64,000 nt of DNA from NCBI GenBank assembly GCA_964447765.1, contig CAYUTO010000003.1, positions 8,919 to 72,918 on the forward strand. The letters are read 5' to 3'. Source of the DNA: an uncultured Gammaproteobacteria bacterium (lineage in GTDB: Bacteria > Patescibacteriota > Patescibacteriia > Magasanikbacterales > UBA922). The translations under genes and the position numbers were made by a program. Under the pieces are notes generated by a model that saw only the letters and a list, made by a program, of their open reading frames with translations, did not search any database and was not told the DNA's origin. Shown piece after piece: positions 52,018 through 63,421 of the stretch; position 1 is the first letter of the stretch; each line of letters starts with the position of its first letter.

Positions 52018-53751
52018 TTACTCAATTACTCTGAATACTTCACTCAATGTTGTCACCCCTTCAATTGCTTTCAAGACCCCATCTTCAACCATCGTACGCA
52101 TACCCTCGGCACGTGCCACACTCTCAATGTCTTGCTCCCCAACTTGTCCGCCCAAAATAAGTTTTTTTATTTCATCACTCACAATAAAAAGCTCGCAGAT
52201 TCCAATTCGTCCCTTATACCCAATACCACTACATTCACTACACCCCTCTTCCGCGGCCACAAAAAACTCTTCTGCTCCCACAGCCACCTGTTCTCGGTCG
52301 TGAGTATTCATTCCATCAATCACTCCTCGTACTCGCTCTTGGATATGTGGATCCAACGCATCAAATCCCACTTTCTTTCTACATTTCTCACATACTCGTC
52401 GTACCAATCGTTGTCCCATCACACAATTGAGTGCTGGAGCTAACAGATAAGGGGCCACCCCCATTGAAAGAAAACGAGAAATTGCACCAGCAGATGAATT
52501 GGTATGCAAGGTTGAAAGCATCAGATGCCCCGTGAGTGCTGCCTGGACTGCAATCTCACTTGTCTCTTCATCCCGAATTTCTCCGACCATCACAATATCA
52601 GGATCTTGACGAAGAATTGAACGAAGCCCAGCTGCAAACGTATAACCTTTACTATGATCAATTTGACTTTGATTCACCCCTTCGAGACGATACTCTACCG
52701 GATCTTCGAGAGTAATAATTTTTACCCCCGGCTGATTCAAAATTTGTAAAACTGCATACAAGGTCGTCGATTTTCCAGACCCCGTAGGACCGGTAGTTAT
52801 AATCATTCCAGTCGGACGCTCAATCTGCATTTTTAATTTTTCGAGTACACCTGCGGTAAACCCAAGCTGTTCGAGTGTAATTCCACCCTCGCCCTGTACC
52901 AGGAGACGCATCACAATACTTTCTCCAAACACGGTCGGGATTGTAGACACACGTACATCAATATCCCCATCAGGACTTTTGATCGTAAAACGTCCATCTT
53001 GAGGCTTTGAAATAATATTAATTTTCAATGCAGAAAGCAATTTGATGCGTGATAATAATTTTTTATATGCTTCTTTCGTAAGTGTTGCTACATCATGAAG
53101 AATTCCATCCAACCGGAATCGCACTACAATACTTTCTTGTTCTGCTTCCACATGTACGTCTGACGCATGCACTTTCAGCGCAGCACCAAGACTGATTGTA
53201 AGCACATCGGTGGTACTTGCGGTTTCCAAAAGTTCAGCAACTGAATCAAAGTCATCAACTGATGCCTGTACTTTTTTCAACGCTTCGACACTAATTTCTA
53301 TATCTTTAGTAATTGGTTTTATGGTTGGAAGTTTCTCATACAATGAAAGCACACGATCGAGACTCACTTCTGAGATTACATACACCGCTCCAGTCACATG
53401 TTTTTGTGTCTCAATTCTCGTAAGAATACTCTCGACTTCTGGATTATTCGGATCAAGAGCTCCCAAACGTATTTCGTCATTCGTTGCAAAAAAACATACC
53501 ACCCCTGTCGCCTCTACTTCTTCTCGACTAATTTGTTTTAATGCTTCATGAGTAATAGGAAATTTGACCAAATCAATATGGGGCACACCAATACTCGCAG
53601 CAAATCGCATTGCTTTCACCTCAAGTTCTTTTTTCTTAATCTCATCCATTTTTTTAATCAGAGCACCCTTACCCCCCTGATTACCAACAGACGGGAGTTG
53701 TACGTCTCCACCTGTATTCATGAGGTCACTGATTGAAGGTCTGTCTGACAT
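52018..53751 (-). CDS. type IV pilus/T2SS assembly ATPase (PilB/GspE family)
   Basis: ASDVHVE, GPTGSGKST, EDPVE, LRQDPD, GHLMLSTLH, Cys pairs. Start moved to MSDRP. Confidence 0.92.
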   Translation of the reverse strand: MSDRPSISDLMNTGGDVQLPSVGNQGGKGALIKKMDEIKKKELEVKAMRFAASIGVPHIDLVKFPITHEALKQISREEVEATGVVCFFATNDEIRLGALDPNNPEVESILTRIETQKHVTGAVYVISEVSLDRVLSLYEKLPTIKPITKDIEISVEALKKVQASVDDFDSVAELLETASTTDVLTISLGAALKVHASDVHVEAEQESIVVRFRLDGILHDVATLTKEAYKKLLSRIKLLSALKINIISKPQDGRFTIKSPDGDIDVRVSTIPTVFGESIVMRLLVQGEGGITLEQLGFTAGVLEKLKMQIERPTGMIITTGPTGSGKSTTLYAVLQILNQPGVKIITLEDPVEYRLEGVNQSQIDHSKGYTFAAGLRSILRQDPDIVMVGEIRDEETSEIAVQAALTGHLMLSTLHTNSSAGAISRFLSMGVAPYLLAPALNCVMGQRLVRRVCEKCRKKVGFDALDPHIQERVRGVIDGMNTHDREQVAVGAEEFFVAAEEGCSECSGIGYKGRIGICELFIVSDEIKKLILGGQVGEQDIESVARAEGMRTMVEDGVLKAIEGVTTLSEVFRVIE

Positions 53752-53758
53752 ATATTTT

Positions 53759-54754
53759 TTAGGTGCGTTTGAAACTAGTAATCCATGCGTGCACACGACT
53801 TCGGAGTCCCCATCGGTGCATGATCACAAATAAATATGTCCATGTTGCATTTACAAATACCGTAAATATTGACCCAATAATAAGGGCATACGCGAGAAAA
53901 AGTACGACCGCAATTGAGACTCCAAACTGGGAGACTGCGATATTTCCCGTCAGTGCTCCATACGCGCTCAACGCAAGACTAGGAGCAACAAATACATAGA
54001 GCCCTGCGAGTAGGAGTACAAAAACTACCAAGTTTAAGAGAACCAATACAATTCCTACTTCAAAAGAGACTACCCAATGTTTGATAAGTAATTTCCATGC
54101 ATGCCTTATTGCTCCAAATAAATCTTTTTTCTCAATTACCAGATATCCCACTGCAAAAATCGTGAGGACAGAAACCGTCATTCCTACAATAATAGCCGAA
54201 ATGAAAGAGAGAACAAACACCGCCATAGAGCCTGCTGTTCCAAAAAATAATGCAGCAAATGCACTCGCGGAAACTATGAGAGAAACTGCAAAAATAATGC
54301 ACTTTTTTACAATATTAAGGACAAGAATATGGGACACACTGTGAGCCCCCGCATGCCATGATTCTTCAAATTTTTCCACTGATTTCAAGCCATGCTCCAT
54401 TGAGAGTGCGGTCGCATGCACCATACCACCCTGAGCAATTGAACCAACGACAATAAGCGCAATACCTAGAGCCAAAATCATAACCAATAACCAGGCAAGA
54501 CCCGCCCACGAATCAAAAGTGAAGCCAAGTGTATTGCCGATTTGTTGCAACGTATCAGGTGAAAAGATGTACCAAATTTGTGATCCAAAACTTGCAGTAC
54601 CAGGACTTACCCCTTTTACGACTGCAGTAATTACATCTAGAATACCCAACTGCCCCAAGACCAACGCAAATGCCCCCAATATCCACAATCCTTTGTAGTT
54701 TTTGGTGAGTTTCCAACTCACCTTAAATATATCTCGAAGTGTTGGCTCTTGCAT
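53759..54754 (-). CDS. multi-pass membrane protein
   Basis: Several TM segments. Start moved to MQEPT. Confidence 0.75.
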   Translation of the reverse strand: MQEPTLRDIFKVSWKLTKNYKGLWILGAFALVLGQLGILDVITAVVKGVSPGTASFGSQIWYIFSPDTLQQIGNTLGFTFDSWAGLAWLLVMILALGIALIVVGSIAQGGMVHATALSMEHGLKSVEKFEESWHAGAHSVSHILVLNIVKKCIIFAVSLIVSASAFAALFFGTAGSMAVFVLSFISAIIVGMTVSVLTIFAVGYLVIEKKDLFGAIRHAWKLLIKHWVVSFEVGIVLVLLNLVVFVLLLAGLYVFVAPSLALSAYGALTGNIAVSQFGVSIAVVLFLAYALIIGSIFTVFVNATWTYLFVIMHRWGLRSRVHAWITSFKRT

Positions 54755-54936
54755 AAACAATTGGACATTAAAATATAGTGTACGTAGTATAGCATATTGC
54801 AAAGTCAAAAGGAAAAAGTCAAAACTCAAAAGAAAATACCTGATTTAAAGACTAAAAAAATTATAATCTTCCAATCTTTATAGTAAACAAAAACACCCCG
54901 GTGTATCCAGGATGTTTTTTATATACTTACTTTAAC

Positions 54937-56775
54937 CTAGCTCTTCACACTCTCCCCTACAATCCGTTTAAATTCTTCTTGTTCAACCGTTTCTTTTTCC
55001 ATCAGTTCTTTTACCAAATCATCCATTTGTTTTCGGTGTGTCGTAATCACTGTCTCCGCAACTTTGAGTGCATCGTCGAGTATTCGACTAATCTCTGAAT
55101 CAATTAATTCTGCTGTTTTTTCACTATAATTTTTCTTGTCATGGATTTCTTGCGCCAAGAAAATCATTTCTTCATTTTCACCATATTGGCGAGGTCCGAG
55201 CTTATCACTCATACCATAGCGAAGTACCATTGAACGCGCAGTTGAGGTTGCTTTTTTGAGATCACTCGATGGACCAGTTGAGAGCTGATCATGTCCGTAG
55301 ATCATGCGTTCAGTAACGTATCCACCAAGCATCATTGCAAGTTCATCTTTGAACTTTGCCATCGTACGGTATCGCACATCACTATCTGGCATACTGAGCG
55401 TATATCCACCTGCCATTCCACGACCGATGATCGATACTTTTCGAACTGGATCACAGTTTGGAAGGAAATGTCCGACAATCGCATGACCGGCCTCATGATA
55501 TGCAGTCATTTCACGATCTTTTTGAGTGATTAATCGAGATTTCTTTTCTGGACCCAAAATTACTTTTTCGATACTCTCGAGTACTTCTACTTCACCCGTC
55601 ACTATCTTGTTTCGTCTCACCGTAAGAATAGCTGCTTCGTTCAATAAATTTTCAAGATCAGCTCCAGAAAAACCAGGAGTACGTTCAGCAATCTTTCGAA
55701 GTGAAACAGACCCATCCAATTTTTTGTTTTTTGCATGCACCTTGAGAATCTCTTCACGATCAGAAATGTCTGGTAAATCAATCACGACACGTCGATCAAA
55801 ACGACCGGGGCGAAGTAAGGCAGAATCAAGTACATCAGGTCGATTGGTCGCAGCAACGACGATTACTCCCAGATTTGGATCAAATCCATCCATCTCAACG
55901 AGAATCTGGTTAAGCGTTTGCTCACGCTCATCATGACTACCACCTAGACCTGCTCCACGTTTTCTTCCTACTGCATCAATTTCATCAATAAAGACGATTG
56001 CAGGTGCTGCTTTTTTTGCTTTGTTAAATAAATCTCTTACACGGGATGCTCCCACACCTACAAACATTTCCACAAATTCAGATCCTGAAATATGGAAAAA
56101 TGGTACACCAGCTTCACCGGCAACTGCTTTTGCAAGCAAGGTTTTTCCCGTTCCTGGCGAACCCATCAAGAGTACACCGCGGGGAATTTTTGCTCCCATG
56201 TCGGTAAACTTTTTTGGATCTTTCAGGAAATCAACAACTTCTTCTAATTCTTCTTTTGCTTCTTTTGCACCCGCAACATCTGCAAATGTTTTTCGATTTT
56301 TATCATCTGGTTTTGCTTCCTTGGCTCTACTTTCTCCAAATCCCATGGCGCGATTATTTGCGCCCTGAGCTTGTCTCATGAAAAAGAAAATAACAACCAA
56401 GAAAAGTCCCAGTGGTATGATCCATGGAGCAATAATTCCAACCCAAAATCTCCACCCTGATTCTTCTTTAATTTCTACTGAAATTTTATTTAATTCTTCA
56501 GACGTAACCCCGTATGGAGCAAGTAATTCTCCGAATGATACTCCGGTTTCTCTTTTGATTTCAAGTGGTTTTGCATTTTCATCTTTGAGCTTCACGACCA
56601 AGGTATCACCACGAACTTCTACTACAGACACTGCATCTGCCTTGATCTCGGTTACGAGGCGTGAAATGCTCGCAGACTCAGGCTGTACACCTGAAAAATT
56701 GAACATCGAAACCACGGCCGCGATTACAAATAATGTGGCAAAAACAATAAAAAAATTCTTGAATAATTGCTTCAT
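54937..56775 (-). CDS. ftsH: ATP-dependent zinc metalloprotease FtsH
   Basis: Two TM segments, [24 protein letters not shown]. Confidence 0.97.
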   Translation of the reverse strand: MKQLFKNFFIVFATLFVIAAVVSMFNFSGVQPESASISRLVTEIKADAVSVVEVRGDTLVVKLKDENAKPLEIKRETGVSFGELLAPYGVTSEELNKISVEIKEESGWRFWVGIIAPWIIPLGLFLVVIFFFMRQAQGANNRAMGFGESRAKEAKPDDKNRKTFADVAGAKEAKEELEEVVDFLKDPKKFTDMGAKIPRGVLLMGSPGTGKTLLAKAVAGEAGVPFFHISGSEFVEMFVGVGASRVRDLFNKAKKAAPAIVFIDEIDAVGRKRGAGLGGSHDEREQTLNQILVEMDGFDPNLGVIVVAATNRPDVLDSALLRPGRFDRRVVIDLPDISDREEILKVHAKNKKLDGSVSLRKIAERTPGFSGADLENLLNEAAILTVRRNKIVTGEVEVLESIEKVILGPEKKSRLITQKDREMTAYHEAGHAIVGHFLPNCDPVRKVSIIGRGMAGGYTLSMPDSDVRYRTMAKFKDELAMMLGGYVTERMIYGHDQLSTGPSSDLKKATSTARSMVLRYGMSDKLGPRQYGENEEMIFLAQEIHDKKNYSEKTAELIDSEISRILDDALKVAETVITTHRKQMDDLVKELMEKETVEQEEFKRIVGESVKS

Positions 56776-56883
56776 AATGCAGTTTTTTCAATAAGTTGAT
56801 AATAGAGTGAGTATAGGCAAAAATACCGAGGTTGTCAATGGTAAAATCAAAACCCCGTACTTGTGGTACGGGGCTCTTCTACT

Positions 56884-58056
56884 TTACGATGCTTTTTCTT
56901 CAGCTGAGGTTTCTTCTTTTTTCTCCTCAGTCTTTTCCTCTACCTTTTTCTCTTCTTTTTTCTCTTCACGCTTCTTTACTCCTTCAAGTCGGAGTCCGAG
57001 GCGGTGTTCAGCAGGTTCGATAGAGATGATTTCAAAGTTATATGGTTTTCCGATTTCAAACTTGACCAATAATTCTTTTGGATCTGCCACACGCTTCTCT
57101 GAAAGATCAGAGATGTGAGCAAGTCCATGGATTTCATTGTCGAGCTTGACCATGAGACCAAATGATTCAACTTTGTGTACTTCTCCTTTTACTACTTGTC
57201 CGATCGTATATTTCTCTTTTACTGATTTCCATGGATCGTCGACAAGGCGCTTCAGTGAGAGGTATATTTTTGATTTATTGAGGTCGATAATCTGGGCTTT
57301 TACCTTGTCACCCGCTTTCAAAATGTCTTTAGGGTGATCAATTCTCTGCCACACGATTTCTGAGATGTGCACCAATCCTTCCAGTCCTTCGCCAAATTTC
57401 ACGAATGCTCCGAATGGTGTAAGCGCTGATACTTCACCCTCGATCTTGTCTCCTACTTTGTAAGAATCAAGGATGTTTTTCTGTTCTTCTTCCCATACTT
57501 CTTTTTCAGAGAAGATCAACTTTTCATCATCAACATTTGCATCAAGTACTTTTACCTTGATTGTCGTTCCAACAAATTTCTTTAAGTGTTCCAAAATTCT
57601 ATTTTTGTCTCCACCTTGTACACGTGGATAATTATCAGGATTCAATTGAGACACAGGCATAAATCCAGTCAAAGCGTCTGCCTGAAGCATAAGACCACCT
57701 TTGTTTGCTTGGATGATCTTTGCCTTGATAACCGTTCCTTCTTTGACATACTTTGCCATGCGTTCCCAGACGAGTCTGTGTCCGGCTACACGGAATGATA
57801 ATTCCATTTCACCATTTTCATTTTCGTCTTCAACAACGGTTGCCTCTACTTCGTCGCCGATTTTGATATTCGAGAACTCTTTTGATTCACTAAACAATTC
57901 TTCTCCACGCACGACACCAATAATGATGCCATTGATGTCAACTCGGACTTCACCTCGACCAATCGAGATAACGCGTCCTTTGACCAAATCGTTCACTTGA
58001 GGGATCTGGGCAAAATACTCTTTTAATAATTCTTCAAAATTCTGTGTTTGTGACAT
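56884..58056 (-). CDS. rpsA: 30S ribosomal protein bS1 (four S1 domains)
   Basis: Repeated S1 motifs FGAFV...EGLVHISE and HGLAHISDL. Confidence 0.9.
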   Translation of the reverse strand: MSQTQNFEELLKEYFAQIPQVNDLVKGRVISIGRGEVRVDINGIIIGVVRGEELFSESKEFSNIKIGDEVEATVVEDENENGEMELSFRVAGHRLVWERMAKYVKEGTVIKAKIIQANKGGLMLQADALTGFMPVSQLNPDNYPRVQGGDKNRILEHLKKFVGTTIKVKVLDANVDDEKLIFSEKEVWEEEQKNILDSYKVGDKIEGEVSALTPFGAFVKFGEGLEGLVHISEIVWQRIDHPKDILKAGDKVKAQIIDLNKSKIYLSLKRLVDDPWKSVKEKYTIGQVVKGEVHKVESFGLMVKLDNEIHGLAHISDLSEKRVADPKELLVKFEIGKPYNFEIISIEPAEHRLGLRLEGVKKREEKKEEKKVEEKTEEKKEETSAEEKAS

Positions 58057-58356
58057 ATATACTCCTTGTCGTTACACAAGGTCTGATTTAGCCAACTCAT
58101 TATATTGAGTAAGCACCCCCAGGGGCGGGATTGAATAAAGTGGGCGTATCTTAGCACAGGGTTTTGATTTTGACAAGAGGTTCTCAGTCGGAAAGTCTAT
58201 AAAGTCATAAAGTCGAAAGTAAATACAAAAATACAGGTGAAATTTGACTTTTAGACTTCATAACTTTCGACTTTTGACTATACCCTCCTCTTGCTTTCAC
58301 CTATATAATCCCGTATACTGTGGGCATACCTAAACAATATTTTGACTATAATTCTT

Positions 58357-58971
58357 ATGCACATTTCCTGGCTTGGAGGTACTTCGATCAAAATTCAGAC
58401 TAAATATGCTGACTCAGACGTTACGGTGTTGATTGATCCTTATAAATACGAAAAAGGCGCTTCCCCTCGAAGTTTAACTGCTGATGTAGTTCTCCTCACC
58501 CGTGGATCTGAGGAGCTTATCACCCTCTCTGGAGAGCCCTTTACCCTTGATACCCCAGGAGAAATCGACTCAAAAGGAGTACTTGTCACTGGTGTCGCAG
58601 GACATACCGAAAACACAACCATGCTTCGAATTGACTGCGAAGGAGTAAGTATGGCACACCTAGGACTCGTCAAAGAACCCCTTACTTCAGACCAGCTCGA
58701 AGTATTATCAGGTGTTGATATCGTTTTTATTCCTGTTGGTAACAACAATGGTTTCAGCATTGAAAACGCAACAAAAACAATTAACAGTCTTGAACCTCGC
58801 ATTATTATTCCTATAGCATTCCAGTCTGATAACGATCCAGACGCTTCATCCCCTGATAGCTTTATCCGAGGACTCGGACTCCAGATGCCTGCTGAGGAAA
58901 AGAAAGTGATTATTAAGAAAAAAGACCTTCCCGAAGAGGAGACGAAGGTAATTTTGTTTGGAAAAGAATAA
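58357..58971 (+). CDS. metallo-beta-lactamase-fold protein (Lactamase_B_3-like, degenerate)
   Basis: ISWLG, LIDPY, PGE, AHLG, DIVFIPVG, EPRIIIP; HxHxDH absent. Confidence 0.75.
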   Translation: MHISWLGGTSIKIQTKYADSDVTVLIDPYKYEKGASPRSLTADVVLLTRGSEELITLSGEPFTLDTPGEIDSKGVLVTGVAGHTENTTMLRIDCEGVSMAHLGLVKEPLTSDQLEVLSGVDIVFIPVGNNNGFSIENATKTINSLEPRIIIPIAFQSDNDPDASSPDSFIRGLGLQMPAEEKKVIIKKKDLPEEETKVILFGKE

Positions 58972-59048
58972 ATAGTGATCAGAAATACATCCAACGTTCA
59001 AATTACTAAATTCAAACAAGAAGATTACTCTATTGAAAATTTGAGTAT

Positions 59049-59552
59049 ATGTCCAAAAGTAATATCCACAATTCTCACGATTTTGCACAGGTTGCAAAAG
59101 AAATCCCTACGCTTATTGCGGAGGAAATGAAGAATTTTGGTATTTCAAAACAGGGATTAGGAACATCTTTGAAACAACAAAAGACGTCTCCCGTATACAC
59201 CTCACCGATACGAAGCAAGCGCTGGATGTTTATCGGGGTTGGAGTCTGTCTTCTCACTATTCTCGGATTCTGGTCTATCTATATCACTGATACGATTGCA
59301 CAAAATAAACTTACGCTCAATCCTACAAAAGCTTTCGCTGACTCAGGGCAAAACGATCTCTCCATGATTATCAACACATTTGCCAACATGGAGACGGAAC
59401 TCAAGGGAAATATCAAGAGCCCGAATGAGCTGAAAATGATGGTGGTGCAGGCGCTGATGCCACTCCTTGCTACCAGTAGCACGGCAGCAGACACAACGAC
59501 GAGTACATTAACCACCACCTCATCAATAAGTACGGTAACTACTACACCATAA
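59049..59552 (+). CDS. hypothetical single-TM protein
   Basis: One TM segment and a Thr/Ser-rich tail; lies directly upstream of gyrA. Confidence 0.7.
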   Translation: MSKSNIHNSHDFAQVAKEIPTLIAEEMKNFGISKQGLGTSLKQQKTSPVYTSPIRSKRWMFIGVGVCLLTILGFWSIYITDTIAQNKLTLNPTKAFADSGQNDLSMIINTFANMETELKGNIKSPNELKMMVVQALMPLLATSSTAADTTTSTLTTTSSISTVTTTP

Positions 59553-59562
59553 TACAAACTAA

Positions 59563-62097
59563 TTGCATATGATCAAAAAAGATACCAACGATACAAAAGG
59601 ACAGGCCCCACGCGCAATTCAACCTAGTCTGACTGATGGAAAAATTGAAACAATCAATCTGGTTGACGAGATGCGAACCTCCTACCTTGATTATGCGATG
59701 AGTGTCATCGTTGCTCGTGCTCTCCCTGATGTGCGCGATGGTTTCAAACCCGTACATCGACGTATTCTCTACGCCATGTGGGGCATCGGATTGAAGCATA
59801 GTGCTAAGTTCAAAAAATCAGCACACGTGGTCGGAGACGTAATGGGTAAATACCATCCTCATGGAGACTTAGCGATCTACGATTCTTTGGTACGTATGGC
59901 CCAGGAATTCAATATGCGCCACATGCTCGTACATGGACAAGGAAACTTTGGTTCTATGGACGGAGATAGTGCGGCTGCGATGCGTTATACCGAGGTAAAA
60001 CTTCGAGCGCTTGCAGAAGAAATGCTTCTTGATATTGATAAAAATACCGTAGACTTTACTCCTACCTACGACGGAAGTCACAAAGAACCTCGAGTGCTCC
60101 CAAGCAAATTCCCAAACTTACTTTTGAACGGTAGTATGGGTATTGCGGTCGGAATGGCGACAAATATTCCTCCACATAATCTAGGAGAACTTTGCGATGG
60201 AATTTCTGCGCTCATCGCAGACCCTGCAATCACGATCGAACAATTGGTTGAACATATCAAAGGACCTGATTTTCCAACCGGCGGAATCATCTACAACAAA
60301 CAAGACATTCTTGCAGCATATGCGACTGGACGAGGAGGAATCGTGATGCGCGCAAAGACTGATATTGTCGAACTTGCAGGAGACCGATTCAATATTATTG
60401 TCTCTGAAGTTCCCTATCAGGTAAACAAAGCAACTTTGATTGAAAAAATTGCAACACTCGTTCAAGAGAAAAAACTTGAAGGAATCAAAGATTTGCGTGA
60501 TGAATCAAACAAAGATGGAGTTCGTATTGTGATTGAGCTTAAAAAAGATTCATACCCAAAGAAAGTCTTGAACCGTTTGTTCAAGATGACTGAGCTCCAG
60601 ACCACCTTCCACGTAAACATGTTGGCGCTCGTTGATGGAATCCAGCCACGCGTACTTAATTTGAAAACAGTGCTTGAAGAATTTATCAAGCATCGTCAAG
60701 TAATCATTCGACGACGAACTGAATTTGATCTTGAAAAAGCCAAAGATCGCGCACATATTCTTGAAGGTTTGAAAAAAGCGCTTGATAAAATCGATTTGAT
60801 TATTGCAACGATCCGTAAATCAAAAGATAAAGATGAGGCAAAAGTAAACCTCATGGGAAAGTTTGATTTTACCGAGAGACAGACAGTGGCGATCCTCGAA
60901 ATGCGATTGCAGCAGCTGGCGAATCTTGAGAGACAAAAAATCGAAGACGAGCTCAAGGAAAAAATGAAACTTATTGCAGAGCTTGAATCTATTTTGAAGA
61001 GTGCCACCAAAATATTGAATATTATCAAAGATGAAGTTACTGAAATCCGTGAACGATTTGCAGAAGAGCGACGAACCAAAATTATTCAACACGGAATCAA
61101 AGAATTTTCTATTGAAGATTTGGTACCAAACGAACCAACTCTTATCCTCTCGACTGTAGACGGATATATCAAACGTCTTCCTTCTGACACATTCAAACAG
61201 CAGGGTCGTGGTGGCAAAGGAGTGATGGGACTCACTACCAAAGAAGAAGACGTAGTGGATCATATTATTTCAACAAATACACATGATTTCATCCTATTCT
61301 TCACCACACGTGGACGCGTGTTCCAATTGACCGCATACGAAATTCCACAAGGATCTCGTACTGCCAAAGGTCAGGCTCTCGTAAATTTCCTCCAGCTTGC
61401 GCCTAATGAAAAAGTGTCGACTATTCTTTCTATGAGCGACATGACCAAGTATGAATATCTGATCATGTTAACAAACAAAGGAACGATTAAGAAAACTAGA
61501 CTTGATGATTTCAAAAATGTTCGACGATCAGGCCTCATCGCTTTGAAACTCAAAGAAGACGACATGCTTGAATGGGTACGCCCATCAACGGGAAGTAACG
61601 ATGTAATTACCGTGACGAGCCAAGGTCAAGCAATCCGTTTCCAAGAAAAAGAAATTCGCGCCATGGGCCGAACTGCAAGTGGAGTTCGTGCAATCAAACT
61701 CAAATCAAATGATGTGGTTGTCGGAATGGATGTAGTATCTGCTGACCTCGTAAAGAAAAAAGTACTTGAGCTCCTCGTTATTTCTGAAAAAGGAATGGGT
61801 AAACGCACCAGTATTACTGAATATAAAGTACAAGGTCGTGGTGGAAGTGGAATTAAAACTATGGCAATTACGGATAAGACTGGACGCATCATGAGTGCAC
61901 GAGTAGTCAATAATACTGAAACTCAAGATCTCATGATTATCTCAGTGAAAGGACAGGTTATCCGCACTCCAATCAAAACTATCTCAACTCTTGGACGTGC
62001 AACACAAGGAGTACGCATCATGCGATTCAAACAAGAGGGTGACAAAGTTGCAAGTCTTGCAGTACTTGAAGCAGATAAAGAAGATGTAGAAGCGTAA
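59563..62097 (+). CDS. gyrA: DNA gyrase subunit A
   Basis: YHPHGD, AAMRYTE, GyrA box QGRGGKG. Confidence 0.97.
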   Translation: MHMIKKDTNDTKGQAPRAIQPSLTDGKIETINLVDEMRTSYLDYAMSVIVARALPDVRDGFKPVHRRILYAMWGIGLKHSAKFKKSAHVVGDVMGKYHPHGDLAIYDSLVRMAQEFNMRHMLVHGQGNFGSMDGDSAAAMRYTEVKLRALAEEMLLDIDKNTVDFTPTYDGSHKEPRVLPSKFPNLLLNGSMGIAVGMATNIPPHNLGELCDGISALIADPAITIEQLVEHIKGPDFPTGGIIYNKQDILAAYATGRGGIVMRAKTDIVELAGDRFNIIVSEVPYQVNKATLIEKIATLVQEKKLEGIKDLRDESNKDGVRIVIELKKDSYPKKVLNRLFKMTELQTTFHVNMLALVDGIQPRVLNLKTVLEEFIKHRQVIIRRRTEFDLEKAKDRAHILEGLKKALDKIDLIIATIRKSKDKDEAKVNLMGKFDFTERQTVAILEMRLQQLANLERQKIEDELKEKMKLIAELESILKSATKILNIIKDEVTEIRERFAEERRTKIIQHGIKEFSIEDLVPNEPTLILSTVDGYIKRLPSDTFKQQGRGGKGVMGLTTKEEDVVDHIISTNTHDFILFFTTRGRVFQLTAYEIPQGSRTAKGQALVNFLQLAPNEKVSTILSMSDMTKYEYLIMLTNKGTIKKTRLDDFKNVRRSGLIALKLKEDDMLEWVRPSTGSNDVITVTSQGQAIRFQEKEIRAMGRTASGVRAIKLKSNDVVVGMDVVSADLVKKKVLELLVISEKGMGKRTSITEYKVQGRGGSGIKTMAITDKTGRIMSARVVNNTETQDLMIISVKGQVIRTPIKTISTLGRATQGVRIMRFKQEGDKVASLAVLEADKEDVEA

Positions 62098-62113
62098 ATT
62101 ACACAAGTAAATT

Positions 62114-62146
62114 AAAAACACCTCTCCGATTCGGAGAGGTGTTTTT
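62114..62146 (+). terminator. gyrA terminator
   Basis: AAAAACACCTCTCCG-ATT-CGGAGAGGTGTTTTT. Confidence 0.85.
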
Positions 62147-62222
62147 AGTATTGAGGGATTGACAAAAGCAGACTTCTATGGTAAAAACCTTAGCTGCCCA
62201 AACAAACAAAGGAGGTAGTAGC

Positions 62223-62657
62223 ATGGACGCTGAACAATACCAGAAACTCGCGCTCGCGGTGATGGCTGCAATCCCAATGGATCTCGACAGCCAGATCGCC
62301 GATGGGTGGATCCGAGACCCGCTCGGCCTAACCGTCGCGATGCGCCAGGCACTGGCCCCAGGAAAACAGGATCAGGAGTGGAAGCCCCATCTCTTCGAGA
62401 AACTCGATAGACGTATCGTCGACCTCCCTGGACTCACTGGCCGTGCTCGTAATTCACTTCTCGGTGAAAATAGAGACAAAGAACATCGTATCACCTACGT
62501 CGGACAGTTGGTACAAATGCGTAAAGTGAAACTCTCCTGTCTGTGGAATTTTGGAAATCACTCTCTCAAAAACGTGACCCAAGTCCTAGCTGAACTCGGA
62601 CTGGAGCTCGATATGGACGTACAAGGCTGGGTACCGCCTGAGCAGCGGAACCTGTAG
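62223..62657 (+). CDS. cassette protein B: N-module fused to an RNA polymerase alpha-CTD-like domain
   Basis: AAGGAGGT SD, promoter TTGACA-17-TAAAAA (62159-62187). LTGRARNSL...ITYVGQLVQ...NFGNHSLKNVTQVLAELGLELDMDVQGWVPP matches the alpha-CTD pattern. Confidence 0.8.
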   Translation: MDAEQYQKLALAVMAAIPMDLDSQIADGWIRDPLGLTVAMRQALAPGKQDQEWKPHLFEKLDRRIVDLPGLTGRARNSLLGENRDKEHRITYVGQLVQMRKVKLSCLWNFGNHSLKNVTQVLAELGLELDMDVQGWVPPEQRNL

Positions 62658-62689
62658 AGTCGATTCCTCGGATCGACTCTCAAAATACG

Positions 62690-62750
62690 GACTCTCGCGC
62701 TACGGCGGTGCAATTCGGCACTGACAGCACGAGAGTCTTCTTCATTTTTA
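62690..62750 (+). repeat. shared 3' hairpin element, copy B
   Basis: GACTCTCGCGCTACGGCGGTGC-AATTCG-GCACTGACAGCACGAGAGTC followed by TTCTTCATTTTTA. Confidence 0.85.
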
Positions 62751-62873
62751 GATAATCTAAAACCACTCGATAAGGGTGGTTTTTTATTTTAATGATTGAC
62801 AAAAAATATATATGAGTTAGTATTCTCTCCAATACAGTCAACGCATAGTGCTATGACTGAACAGAGAGGTAAC

Positions 62874-63413
62874 ATGCACGTTCAAGTTAATCTAAGCCAG
62901 CTCACTCCACACAAAATCGAGCTGCGCGATGACCAGGTCAGGATCCACCCAAATCTCTCCGTCGAGGAGTGGTCCAAGTACGCGAACCTTTACATGACCC
63001 ACTGCAACGACGACTTCACGAACGAAAGGTTCACCAAATACCTTCGTGAACCTTCGAGTACTGAGGTCGTGAGAACCATCCGCCGCTTCCGTGCGGGGAG
63101 AGGTACTGGGTACACGGTCGAGTGGGCCCGGTCTGTGCGTGAAGCTCTCAACCTCGACCCTACTGGGTTCGAGCACATAGCAGCCTTCGCCAACCAGCAC
63201 TTCAGAATCTGGTGGAATCTCGCGCGCGAGTGGGTCTTCTCCCCGGATCTGATCTCGATGGAAATCCCCAACTCGCTCGACAAAAACAAGCCCACAATGA
63301 TCGGCATCGGGGGCAACATCGAAGCACGCCACTTTTCCGTTACACCCCTCGAGAAGTTCAATGGGTATGTGTGGTTCTGCGGTCTCGTGAAGGCCGAACC
63401 CACCACGTCCTAG
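62874..63413 (+). CDS. cassette protein C (hypothetical; C-module only)
   Basis: GAGGT before ATG 62874 (alternative start 62853), TTGACA at 62796. Similar to the C-terminal part of protein A. Confidence 0.78.
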   Translation: MHVQVNLSQLTPHKIELRDDQVRIHPNLSVEEWSKYANLYMTHCNDDFTNERFTKYLREPSSTEVVRTIRRFRAGRGTGYTVEWARSVREALNLDPTGFEHIAAFANQHFRIWWNLAREWVFSPDLISMEIPNSLDKNKPTMIGIGGNIEARHFSVTPLEKFNGYVWFCGLVKAEPTTS

Positions 63414-63421
63414 GGCGCAAC

